Origin: Gemmatimonadota bacterium
GTDB taxonomy: Bacteria; Gemmatimonadota; Gemmatimonadetes; Gemmatimonadales; Gemmatimonadaceae
Assembly: GCA_040389905.1 (NCBI GenBank)
Contig: JAZJZK010000014.1
Coordinates: 64,001 to 128,000, forward strand
DNA: 64,000 nt
Direction of reading: 5' to 3'
The notes under the pieces were generated by a model, which saw only the letters and a program-made list of their open reading frames with translations, ran no database searches and was not told the DNA's origin. Shown here one piece after another: positions 38,396 through 47,272 of the stretch; within the stretch, counting starts at the first letter, position 1, and every line of letters begins with the position of its first letter. The translations under genes and the position numbers were made by a program.

Positions 38396-40240
38396 TCAGA
38401 GCGACGCGACGCGCCCGCTGAGGGCATCCTGAATCGCCTTGTCCAGCGTATCGAAGGTGAACGGCTTGTCGAGAAAGACGAGGCGCTCCGGCACCGCGCC
38501 GAGGGGCTCCAACATGTCCGCCGTATAGCCAGAGGTGAGCACAACCGGCAACTGTGGGTGCGCCTCCGCCAACCTCTTCGCGAGCTCACGTCCGCCCATG
38601 CGCGGCATGACGGTGTCCGTGAGAACGACGTCCACTGCGGTCGTCTCGAGCACCGCCAGCGCTTCCTCCCCATTGGCGGCTTCGACCACCGAATAGTGGC
38701 CCCGCTGGAGTAGCCGTGTGGTTAGACGCCGAAGTGCGACGTCGTCTTCGACCACGAGGACCTTTGCCCCCTGCTGCCGGCCGAGGAGAGCAGACCCGGG
38801 GTTCGCCGCGACTCGCGCATCGTCGGGCCGCACGTCCAGGGGAAAATAGATCTTGAAGGTCGTGCCCTTGTCCGGCTCACTGTAGACCCAGATCGTGCCC
38901 GCCATCTGCTGAACGATTCCGAACACCGTCGACAACCCGAGACCGGTACCACGCCCCTCTGGCTTGGTGGTGAAGAACGGCTCGAAGATACGCGCCTGGG
39001 TTTCCGAAGACATCCCCAGCCCGTTGTCAGCAACGGAAATGACGGCGTAGCGCCCAGGGCGAACGGCCGAGTGCTGCGACACGTAGGACGCATCCAGCGT
39101 TATCGTCGCGGTGTCGATTGTGAGACGACCGCCAGCGGGCATCGCGTCGCGCGCGTTGACCGCGAGGTTCATGAGCACCTGCGTGATTTGCGTGGGATCG
39201 GCGAGAATGTTCAGCGTCCCGGTCTCCAGGCGCATCGCGAGGACGACGTCCTCCCCGATCAGTCGTCCCAGCATCGGCTCGACCTCTCGGATGACGTGAT
39301 TGAGATCGATGATTCTCGGTTCGATCAGCCGGCTCCTGCTGAACGCCAGCAGCTGACGCGTGATGTTCGTGGTCCGGTCGATCGCACCGACGATCTCACG
39401 CACGAACGGCTGCACGACGTCGTCGCCCTCCCGCGCTGCGGCGATGAGCTGCGCGTAGCCACCGACAACGGTCAGCATGTTGTTGACGTCGTGGGCGACG
39501 CCCCCCGCGAGCCGACCAACGGCCTCCATCTTCTGCGACTGGCGCAGCTGTTGTTCGAGCATGACGCGATCAGTGACGTCTTGCACCGTCCCGATCAACT
39601 TGGTGACGCCGTCGGCGTCCGCAACGAGGCGGCCTTTCGCCTGCACGGTGCGGGTTCCTCCATCGGGGCGCATCAGGCGGTACTGCTCGGTGAACTCGCG
39701 CCGATTCGCGACAGCGTCGGCCGCGACCTGCGTCATCCTGGCGCGGTCGTCAGCGTGGACGCGCTCGAGATAGCGATCGGTTGGCGGCGGTACGGTGCCT
39801 GGCTCCACGCCGCAGAACTCGTACATCTCGTTCGACCAGAAGACCTCGCCGCTCGACTGATCGATTTCCCAATACCCCAGCTGCGCGACATGCTGGCCTT
39901 CCATCAACCGGCGATTGAGCCGGCGGCCTTCTTCCGCGAGCTCGTGCTGTCGCCGCTCCGAGCGTTGCAACTCCTCGAGGGTGAGCTCGAGATGAGCGCG
40001 TTGCGCCTCGAGCTCCGTTGCCTGATGCTGGAGCTGCACGGTTTGCGCTTCGAGCTCCGCCGCATGACTCCGCAGCGTACCGTTCTGTTGCTCGATGGTG
40101 AGGTTACTGCGAACGAGCGCACGCACCTGGGCTCCGATCTGCCGTCGCGTATGCCACAGCAGGATCGCCAGCAGCGTGAGACCGACGATGAGCAGCGTAG
40201 CGCCCGGGTCGAACGCTGAATGGTTGTCGGAAATTCCCAT
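38396..40240 (-). CDS. Hybrid sensor kinase (TM, coiled coil, PAS, HisKA, HATPase, REC)
   Basis: [38 protein letters not shown]...LTD...DKPF. Confidence 0.92.
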   Translation of the reverse strand: MGISDNHSAFDPGATLLIVGLTLLAILLWHTRRQIGAQVRALVRSNLTIEQQNGTLRSHAAELEAQTVQLQHQATELEAQRAHLELTLEELQRSERRQHELAEEGRRLNRRLMEGQHVAQLGYWEIDQSSGEVFWSNEMYEFCGVEPGTVPPPTDRYLERVHADDRARMTQVAADAVANRREFTEQYRLMRPDGGTRTVQAKGRLVADADGVTKLIGTVQDVTDRVMLEQQLRQSQKMEAVGRLAGGVAHDVNNMLTVVGGYAQLIAAAREGDDVVQPFVREIVGAIDRTTNITRQLLAFSRSRLIEPRIIDLNHVIREVEPMLGRLIGEDVVLAMRLETGTLNILADPTQITQVLMNLAVNARDAMPAGGRLTIDTATITLDASYVSQHSAVRPGRYAVISVADNGLGMSSETQARIFEPFFTTKPEGRGTGLGLSTVFGIVQQMAGTIWVYSEPDKGTTFKIYFPLDVRPDDARVAANPGSALLGRQQGAKVLVVEDDVALRRLTTRLLQRGHYSVVEAANGEEALAVLETTAVDVVLTDTVMPRMGGRELAKRLAEAHPQLPVVLTSGYTADMLEPLGAVPERLVFLDKPFTFDTLDKAIQDALSGRVASL

Positions 40241-40438
40241 ACTACAATTCTACCGCGTTGCGAGGCGTGTCGCACGCGAACGATGCGTGCGCGAAACACT
40301 TTTAGACTTTCCCCGTAGCGTGACGGTATTACGCCGACACAACCGTTATAAGTATTGATTGCTCTTTGAGCATTTCGGCGGCAGAATGGATGGCGCCGAG
40401 CTCGCCGCGCGTGCGCAGCGCCCTTCAGCCACCTGCAC

Positions 40439-41623
40439 ATGTCCGCACACCCACACACCGATTCGCGTGGTACGGTTCTCGTCATCGGATCCGGGCATCT
40501 CGCCTTTCGCATCACGTCGCTCGCGTCCGCAGCGGGTCACCGGTGTCTTTACCGCACGCATGCCGATATTCGCGGCGCCGATTCCGCGCACTCGGCGTTC
40601 GATGACATTGCGCGCGGGCTGCAGGAGCTCGACATCGCATCACTCGCGATGGCGTTCCTCGTCGATGATCGCGACGAGTACAATCTCGAGTTGCTCATCG
40701 CGCTGATCTCACTCGACCAGTCGTTGCCGATCGTCGCATCGCTGTTCAACGAAAACATGGCGCCGCACCTTCAAGCGGCTCACCCGAACGTGCGCGTGCT
40801 GAACCCCGCGAAGATCGCGGCGCCCACGTTCGTCTCGGCGCTGACCGTGCCGCTCACCCACACACTGCGGTACGTACCAGCGAAGATCGCGCCGGAGCGA
40901 GCACCGGCGCGCACCGATGGGCTGATCAGAGGGCTGGTGGCATCATTCGCCCTGCTCCTTATCGCCTCGATCGCCTACTTCCACGCCGCCGAGCACCTCT
41001 CGTGGTTGAACGCTGTGTACTTCGTGGTCGTGACGGTTGCCACCGTCGGCTACGGCGACATCACCCTCGTCAACTCCTCGGCCGCCAGCAAGCTCCTGGG
41101 CATTGCGCTCATCCTGGGCTCGACGTTTTTCATCTGGATGATCTTCTCGTTGACCGTGGACAGCATCATCAAGCGGCGCGTACAGCTCGCCCTCGGTCGC
41201 AAGCGCTACCTCCGCAAGGGGCACGTCATCATCTGCGGCCTCGGGCGCCTCGGTTATTTCATCGCCGAACAGCTGATCGACGCCGGAGAAACAGTGCTGA
41301 TCGTCGAACGAGAGGAGTCGTCGTCGACGATCGAGCATTTTCGTGCTCGAGGTGCGGACGTCTACATCGGAGATGCGCGGCTGCCGCGCGTGCTACAGGA
41401 TGTCGGCGTGACGCGCGCCAAGGCGCTCTACTCGGTCGTCAACAACGACTTTGCGAATCTCGAGATCGGCTTGAATGCGCGCTCGTTCGCACCTGATCTG
41501 CGACTCATTCTGCGAATCTTCGATGAGTCGATGTCTCGCCGCATCAAGGAGAGTCTGGACATCCACCTCACGTTCAGCATGACGGCGATTGCGGACGAGA
41601 TATTCTTTGGACAAGCGCGGTAA
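40439..41623 (+). CDS. Potassium channel protein with RCK/TrkA-N domains
   Basis: TVATVGYGD selectivity filter between 2 TM helices; HVIICGLGRLG Rossmann motif. Confidence 0.88.
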   Translation: MSAHPHTDSRGTVLVIGSGHLAFRITSLASAAGHRCLYRTHADIRGADSAHSAFDDIARGLQELDIASLAMAFLVDDRDEYNLELLIALISLDQSLPIVASLFNENMAPHLQAAHPNVRVLNPAKIAAPTFVSALTVPLTHTLRYVPAKIAPERAPARTDGLIRGLVASFALLLIASIAYFHAAEHLSWLNAVYFVVVTVATVGYGDITLVNSSAASKLLGIALILGSTFFIWMIFSLTVDSIIKRRVQLALGRKRYLRKGHVIICGLGRLGYFIAEQLIDAGETVLIVEREESSSTIEHFRARGADVYIGDARLPRVLQDVGVTRAKALYSVVNNDFANLEIGLNARSFAPDLRLILRIFDESMSRRIKESLDIHLTFSMTAIADEIFFGQAR

Positions 41624-41745
41624 CGGCTCGCTCGCTGGCGCGCGCTTGACGGCCCGCGGCGCTTCGCGCGCTTGACAGCCCGCTCGGTGCGTTGCACCTC
41701 GCTGGACAGCACGGACTGCGTAGTTCCCGTCCAGCGAGCGAGCTG

Positions 41746-42471
41746 TTACTCGCCGCCCCCACAGCTCGACGAGCAGCCGGAGCCCCCGCTGCACGAGCCG
41801 CTGTCGCTACTCCCGGAATCGCTCGCCGTTGAATCGGCCGCGCTGTCGCTCCAGGAGTCTTCACCACCGCCGCCGCTGAATCCACCGCCGCCGCCGAATT
41901 CCGCCATCGTGTGTCCGCTGGAGGAATCCGAGGAAAACTGCAAATAGAGCGGCGTGTCGGAATCGGAGGGGAGCGTCGACGAATCGTATTCCGTCCGGCT
42001 TTTGCCCGGCTTGAACTTCGGCGTGCCCCAGATGTCCGCGGGCGGCTTCACGTTGAACTCCGCGCGATACAGCGCGAGTGTCGCGGCGTACTGTTCGTGA
42101 TAGACATCGGTCTGCGCGTCGGTGGCGAGCAGCTCCGGGTTATGATCGAACTCCTTCCGCAACACGTCGCGACAGAAGTCGCGATACGCTCGGGTGAAGA
42201 GCAGGTGCTCGTGCCACACCTGATCGATGACCTTCGGAGGCGTGACGTTCGTGCCGCTGCTGATTCCCAGGTAGACGAACTTCTTGTACTCCTCCACGGC
42301 CCGCAACGCGAACCTGTTCGTCCATCCGAGCTTGCGCGCGACCTTGCTGGCGAAGGCGCGTGTGGATGCATCGGAGCCGCCAAAGACGGCAGCAACGCGA
42401 TCCATGAGGTGATCGGGGACAACGTGGTCGAAGCGATAGTTCCTGAGCCGAAGCCAGAGTTCCTTTTTCAT
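41746..42471 (-). CDS. Glycine-rich domain (GRDP-like) protein
   Basis: EEYKKFVYL, IDQVWHEHLLFTRAY, DHNP; Gly/Ser/Cys tail SGCSSSCGGG. Confidence 0.75.
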   Translation of the reverse strand: MKKELWLRLRNYRFDHVVPDHLMDRVAAVFGGSDASTRAFASKVARKLGWTNRFALRAVEEYKKFVYLGISSGTNVTPPKVIDQVWHEHLLFTRAYRDFCRDVLRKEFDHNPELLATDAQTDVYHEQYAATLALYRAEFNVKPPADIWGTPKFKPGKSRTEYDSSTLPSDSDTPLYLQFSSDSSSGHTMAEFGGGGGFSGGGGEDSWSDSAADSTASDSGSSDSGSCSGGSGCSSSCGGGE

Positions 42472-42566
42472 GACGTAGATGTGCCGCCTCCGGTGACATC
42501 TGGCAAGCCCATCCGACTGCCGCCTGCATCTGCGTACTTTGGCGCGGAGCATGCGAATGTGACGGC

Positions 42567-43139
42567 ATGACAACATTCACCGTGGGTTATTTCGTCGGCA
42601 GTCTCTCGAGCACGTCGATCAACCGCCTGCTCGCGACGGCACTCGTGCGTCTGGCGCCCGAAGAACTGACGATGACCGAGATCCAGTTCAAGGATCTTCC
42701 GCTCTACAGCCAGGACTTCGATGCTGACTATCCCCCGGCCGGGAAAGCGCTGAAGGATGCGATTGCAGCGGCCGACGCGGTGTTGTTCGTGACCCCAGAA
42801 TACAATCGCTCCATCCCCGGTGGATTGAAGAACGCGATCGACTGGGCAAGCCGTCCATGGGGCACCAATTCCTTTCGCCGCAAGCCGTCGGCAATCATCG
42901 GCACATCGCCGGGGGCGATTGGAACCGCGGTGGCGCAACAGCATTTGCGCAGCATTCTGAGCTTCTGTAACTCCCCGCAGATGAATGCGATCGAGGCCTA
43001 CATCCAATTCACCCCGGGCCTGATCACCGATGACGGACAAGTCACGATTGCCTCGACGGAGGAGTTCTTCCGGAACTACATGAAAGAGTTTTACGGCTTC
43101 ATCGAGCGCGTCTACACGGCAATCCCGCGAAGTGCGTAG
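42567..43139 (+). CDS. NADPH-dependent FMN reductase
   Basis: GSL..SIN, TPEYNRSIPGGLKNAIDWASRP. Confidence 0.92.
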   Translation: MTTFTVGYFVGSLSSTSINRLLATALVRLAPEELTMTEIQFKDLPLYSQDFDADYPPAGKALKDAIAAADAVLFVTPEYNRSIPGGLKNAIDWASRPWGTNSFRRKPSAIIGTSPGAIGTAVAQQHLRSILSFCNSPQMNAIEAYIQFTPGLITDDGQVTIASTEEFFRNYMKEFYGFIERVYTAIPRSA

Positions 43140-43148
43140 CGCATCACT

Positions 43149-43610
43149 TCACGTCCGCAGCAACGCGCAGAGCTCATCGACCGCACGAGCCTGCGCGGGA
43201 ATGAGTTTGGTCTTCGCCACGTCCGGCGCGAACCACGCCGCGCGGTCGACTTCGGGAAACTCGGTCTGTCGTCGAGACTTGGGCGGCCACTCCATCGTGA
43301 ACGTGTTGCTCCGGATGGCAGCGGCGTCGACATCTCCCTCGACGGCCCACAAGCTCACGATCTTTCCGTTCGCCTGCCTCACCGCGGTCAGCGGAACGAA
43401 TGTCCCCACGACGGGCGATCCCGTCTCCTCCTCGAACTCGCGACAGGCCACCGCAAGCGGATCCTCTCCCGCCGAGTATTCGCCCTTCGGGAACGACCAG
43501 ATGCCGAGATCTTTCCTGGCATAGTAGGGACCGCCCGGGTGTACGAGGAACAGCTCGAGCGACCCAGCCTGCTTGCGGTACATGACGATCCCTGCGCTCG
43601 TCAGAGCCAT
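43149..43610 (-). CDS. NUDIX hydrolase
   Basis: LVHPGGP, WSFPKGE...ACREFEEETG, FPEVDR. Confidence 0.9.
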   Translation of the reverse strand: MALTSAGIVMYRKQAGSLELFLVHPGGPYYARKDLGIWSFPKGEYSAGEDPLAVACREFEEETGSPVVGTFVPLTAVRQANGKIVSLWAVEGDVDAAAIRSNTFTMEWPPKSRRQTEFPEVDRAAWFAPDVAKTKLIPAQARAVDELCALLRT

Positions 43611-43784
43611 GCTATCGCGCCTCGCACGTTCGGGTCCAGCCGCCGACGACTGTAATGGCCGCTGAGGAACACGTGCGAAAGATGCGGTACGGTTCCCAAC
43701 CGGGCTATCGAATGGCTGGCCGGCGGCACGTCCACGACTCACATTTCCTCTCCCGCACGCATCGCACACTTGGGGCATACAGAG

Positions 43785-45734
43785 ATGCCTTCCGGCTCGC
43801 CCATCACCACGAAGCGCACCGTTTGTAATCGGGACTGCCCGGATGCGTGCGGCATGATCGCAACGATTCAGGATGGGCGCGTCATTCGGCTGCAGGGGGA
43901 CAAGGAGCATCCCGTGACGCGCGGCTTCCTGTGCCACCGCACGAGCAACTTCCTGCGACGACAGTACGGGCCCGAACGTTTGACCCATCCACTCCAACGC
44001 ACGAGCAGCGGGTTCAGGGAAATCGCCTGGGACGACGCGCTCGATCTCGCCGCGGAGCACCTGCAACGCATCAAGCGGGAAGACGGCGCGGCGGCCATCC
44101 TGCATTACAAGAGTGGCGGCACACTTGGCACGCTGCGCGTGCTCACACAGTGGTTCTTCGAGCAATGGGGCCCGGTCACCATCAAGCGTGGCGACATCTG
44201 CTCCGGCGCGGGTGACGCCGCGCAGTTGATGGACTTCGGCGCTGGCGATACGCATGATCTCCACGACCTGCTCAACGCCCGCAACATCATCCTCTGGGGC
44301 AAGAACGTGTTCGTCTCGCACGTGCACGCGTTGCCCGTGCTGCGTGATGCGCGCAGCCGAGGTGCGCGTATCACGCTCGTCGATCCGGTGCATACCCGCA
44401 CGACGACCATCAGCGACCGGTACATTCAACCACGTCCGGGCGCCGATCTCGCGCTGGTCATGGCGATCATCGCCAGCATTTCACATCGCGGTGCAATCGC
44501 CCCTGAGGCAGCGACATACTGCGATCATCTCGACGCGCTGGTCTCACTTGCCGAGTCGCGCGACCTCGAGCAATGGTGCGCCGCCGCGGATGTACAACGT
44601 GCCGAAGTGGAGGCACTCGCGGCGTGCCTCGTCGACCGTCCGTGCGCGATCATGATCGGCTGGGGCATGCAGCGTCGAGTCAACGGCGGCGCCATCGTGC
44701 GTGCCCTCGATGCGCTGAGCGCCATCACGGGCAACATCGGCGTCGCCGGCGGTGGCGCGTTCTTCAATGCGAGCAGGGCGAGCGCATTCGCGACGTCATT
44801 CGTACAGGGCCAGCGGGTCGCGCCCCGCACTCTCAGTGAGCCACGATTGGGGCGCGAAATACTCGACGCGCAGTCACCGCCAATTCGCGCTGTGTGGGTG
44901 ACCGCGGGAAATCCGGTGGCGATGCTGCCCGACGCCAGCGCAACGGCCGAAGCGCTGCGAACGCGCGAGTTCGTGGTGGTCGCGGATTCCTTCATGACGG
45001 ACACTGCGGAGCTTGCTCACCTGATTCTTCCGACACAGACGCTGCTCGAGGCCGACGACCTCGTGGGTGCCTACGGTCATCACTACCTGAGCGCATCGAG
45101 TCCCGTCGTGCCGCCGCCCGATGGCGTGAAAAGCGACCTCGAAATCGTGCAGCTCCTCGCGCTTCGGCTCGGACTCGGCGACGTGATGGCGGGCGACGCA
45201 CAGAGTTGGAAACGCCGTCTCCTTGCTCCAGAGTTGGTGGCGCTCGGCGTGACGGTCGAAGGGCTGGAACGCGCCGCGGAACGGAATCCGCTTGCGCCGG
45301 TGGTACTCTTTCCCGACCGTCAGTTTCCTACGGCGAGCGGCCGCGTACGCCTCATCCATGAGTGGCCGGAGTTCGGCGATGGAGCGCCCGACGTTCCCGG
45401 CTTTCCGTTGCATTTACTGAGCAGGTCCACCGACAAATTCCAGGGGTCGCAATGGACCGAACCGCCGAACGGGCCGTTGGAGGTGACGGTTCATCCGGAC
45501 GCGACGACGCTGACGCACGGTGCCGACGCATGGTTGGAAAGCCCGAACGGACGTCTGCACGTCGTCGTCAAACATGATCCAGCGCAGCGCCGCGACGTCG
45601 CGCTCGTGCCGAAGGGCGGACAGCGCCGCGACGGACGCGGGTTGAATACGCTCATTTCCGCGCGGCTCACGGACATTGGCGAAGGGGCCGCGCTGTACGA
45701 TCAACGCGTACGACTGGTACCGCACGATCGGTGA
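43785..45734 (+). CDS. Cytoplasmic molybdopterin (bis-MGD) oxidoreductase with a 4Fe-4S motif
   Basis: CNRDCPDAC...GFLC, ILWGKN, AGNP, MTDTAELAHLILP; no signal peptide. Confidence 0.9.
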   Translation: MPSGSPITTKRTVCNRDCPDACGMIATIQDGRVIRLQGDKEHPVTRGFLCHRTSNFLRRQYGPERLTHPLQRTSSGFREIAWDDALDLAAEHLQRIKREDGAAAILHYKSGGTLGTLRVLTQWFFEQWGPVTIKRGDICSGAGDAAQLMDFGAGDTHDLHDLLNARNIILWGKNVFVSHVHALPVLRDARSRGARITLVDPVHTRTTTISDRYIQPRPGADLALVMAIIASISHRGAIAPEAATYCDHLDALVSLAESRDLEQWCAAADVQRAEVEALAACLVDRPCAIMIGWGMQRRVNGGAIVRALDALSAITGNIGVAGGGAFFNASRASAFATSFVQGQRVAPRTLSEPRLGREILDAQSPPIRAVWVTAGNPVAMLPDASATAEALRTREFVVVADSFMTDTAELAHLILPTQTLLEADDLVGAYGHHYLSASSPVVPPPDGVKSDLEIVQLLALRLGLGDVMAGDAQSWKRRLLAPELVALGVTVEGLERAAERNPLAPVVLFPDRQFPTASGRVRLIHEWPEFGDGAPDVPGFPLHLLSRSTDKFQGSQWTEPPNGPLEVTVHPDATTLTHGADAWLESPNGRLHVVVKHDPAQRRDVALVPKGGQRRDGRGLNTLISARLTDIGEGAALYDQRVRLVPHDR

Positions 45735-45746
45735 TCGCGCGGACCC

Positions 45747-46121
45747 TTATCGGTGTTTGTCGTCGTCCGTATCGCGAATGAAGATGGACAGCACGATGCT
45801 CACGATGCTGATGACGATCGCGCCCCAGAATGCAGCGGAGAAACCACTCACCCGCAGTCCAAGGCCAACGCTGCGCGACACTGCACTCGTGAGCAGGAGC
45901 ACGATCGCGTTGAGAACCAGTGTGAACAGGCCGAGCGTCAACACGAGCAGCGGAAGTGACAGGAGCATCAGGATCGGCCGCACGATGGCATTCAGCACGC
46001 CGAAGATGAGCGCCACCATGAGCAAGCTCGCCAGGCTCCCGGTGAAATGAATGCCCGATACGAAATGAACGGCGGCCCAGAGTGCCGCCGCGTTGATCAG
46101 AATCCTGAGGATGAGTCGCAT
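45747..46121 (-). CDS. YvlD-like 4-TM membrane protein (annotated as phage holin family)
   Basis: LNAIVRPILMLLSLPLLVLTLGLFTLVLNA signature. Confidence 0.85.
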   Translation of the reverse strand: MRLILRILINAAALWAAVHFVSGIHFTGSLASLLMVALIFGVLNAIVRPILMLLSLPLLVLTLGLFTLVLNAIVLLLTSAVSRSVGLGLRVSGFSAAFWGAIVISIVSIVLSIFIRDTDDDKHR

Positions 46122-46204
46122 GATGTCTCCGTGCCGACGGTGGTCTCGCGCCGCTCTGTCATGCCGTACGGAGCGTGCGCGGCGCGGGATTCACACAGGC
46201 CGCC

Positions 46205-46630
46205 CTACTTTCGCCGCGCGGCGTCGACGCTCCAGGGACCGGCGCCGGCGGCGGAGTAGTAGAGCCAGAGAAAGCAGTAGAGCAGCGCGAGCTCACCGCC
46301 ATTCCCCGACGGCCAGAATCCCTTGGGAAAGTGCGACTGAAAGTACGCGACGGCCATCTCGCCGCTGAGCAGGAAGGCCACGGGTCGCGTGAACAGTCCG
46401 ACCAGGAGCAGCGCGCCGCCGAATGTCTCCAGAATGCCGGCAATGCCGACCTGCGACAGCAATGGGGGTGTAAAACCACCTGGAAGCCCGCTCGGGAAGG
46501 CGAACAGCTTCATCGTACCGTGGAGCATGAACGCGGCGGCCGCGACGATGCGCAGGAGGCTCTGGAACCTTGGCGCCTGGGCCACCCACGCGGCGATGGG
46601 GCTGCCTGCGTCATTGCGCGACTCACTCAT
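46205..46630 (-). CDS. DoxX family membrane protein
   Basis: LLRIVA...HGTMKLF...GLFTRPVAFLLSGEMAVAYF...NGGE...GAGPWSVD. Confidence 0.9.
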   Translation of the reverse strand: MSESRNDAGSPIAAWVAQAPRFQSLLRIVAAAAFMLHGTMKLFAFPSGLPGGFTPPLLSQVGIAGILETFGGALLLVGLFTRPVAFLLSGEMAVAYFQSHFPKGFWPSGNGGELALLYCFLWLYYSAAGAGPWSVDAARRK

Positions 46631-46801
46631 GGACTGCTCCGGAATGGTATGACGTAGTGCACGAATCACCGACGACGGTGGTAGTGCACGATCCTCTCCA
46701 TCAACGCCCGCCCTACCAATCCGCTGCGTCGGGAAACGTTCGTGGTCGTGGCCGCCCGGCACGTAGGCATCCGAGCTGATCAAATTGCCGGCTTCATTCT
46801 T

Positions 46802-46866
46802 ACCGCAGATGACGCAGAGGAGCAGAGGAACGCAGAGGAAACCCATGGGAACGCTTTTCCTCTGCG
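46802..46866. repeat. Family 3 element, right arm truncated
   Basis: ACCGCAGATGACGCAGAGGAGCAGAGGAACGCAGAGG ... CCTCTGCG, next to the padR promoter. Confidence 0.8.
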
Positions 46867-46872
46867 CCTCTT

Positions 46873-46932
46873 CACTTGACAGTCTAGTGGTCACATCACA
46901 CCTTCCTAATTCCACCACTAGACTGACTAGTC
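46873..46932 (+). promoter_or_regulatory. Two 17-bp imperfect palindromes, putative PadR operators, overlapping a TTGACA box
   Basis: CACTTGACAGTCTAGTG (46873-46889) and CACTAGACTGACTAGTC (46916-46932). Confidence 0.7.
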
Positions 46933-46939
46933 CACGCAC

Positions 46940-47272
46940 ATGAAACCACGATCCGCCCCGCTGCTCCAGGGCACGCTTGACCTCATCGTCCTCCAGCTCC
47001 TCCGCGCGGAGCCCACCAACGGATACGACATGAGCCTCCGCATCCAGGCGATCTCGAGTGACGTGCTCAACGTCAACGCCGGCTCCCTTTACCCTGCCCT
47101 CTACCGGCTCGAAGCGCGCGGGATGGTTCAGGCAGTCTGGGAAGAAACCGCAAGCGGCCGGCAGGCCAAGGTCTATTCGGTCACGTCGGCGGGGCGGAAA
47201 CACCTCGCCGAACAGCGCGAAAGCTGGGAGCGGTTCTCCGGCGCCCTCGGCGCCATTCTCCGCGTCACATGA
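46940..47272 (+). CDS. PadR family transcriptional regulator (acidobacterial type)
   Basis: LLQGTLDLIVL, GSLYPALYRLE, GRQAKVY. Confidence 0.92.
   Translation: MKPRSAPLLQGTLDLIVLQLLRAEPTNGYDMSLRIQAISSDVLNVNAGSLYPALYRLEARGMVQAVWEETASGRQAKVYSVTSAGRKHLAEQRESWERFSGALGAILRVT

Noticed and set aside
40380..40438. Possible riboswitch upstream of the K+ channel
   Set aside because: Only a superficial GGCG...CGCC resemblance to the fluoride riboswitch; core conserved elements not seen.
45747..46121. Holin as a sign of a prophage
   Set aside because: YvlD-like proteins are common chromosomal genes; no endolysin, integrase or structural phage genes nearby.
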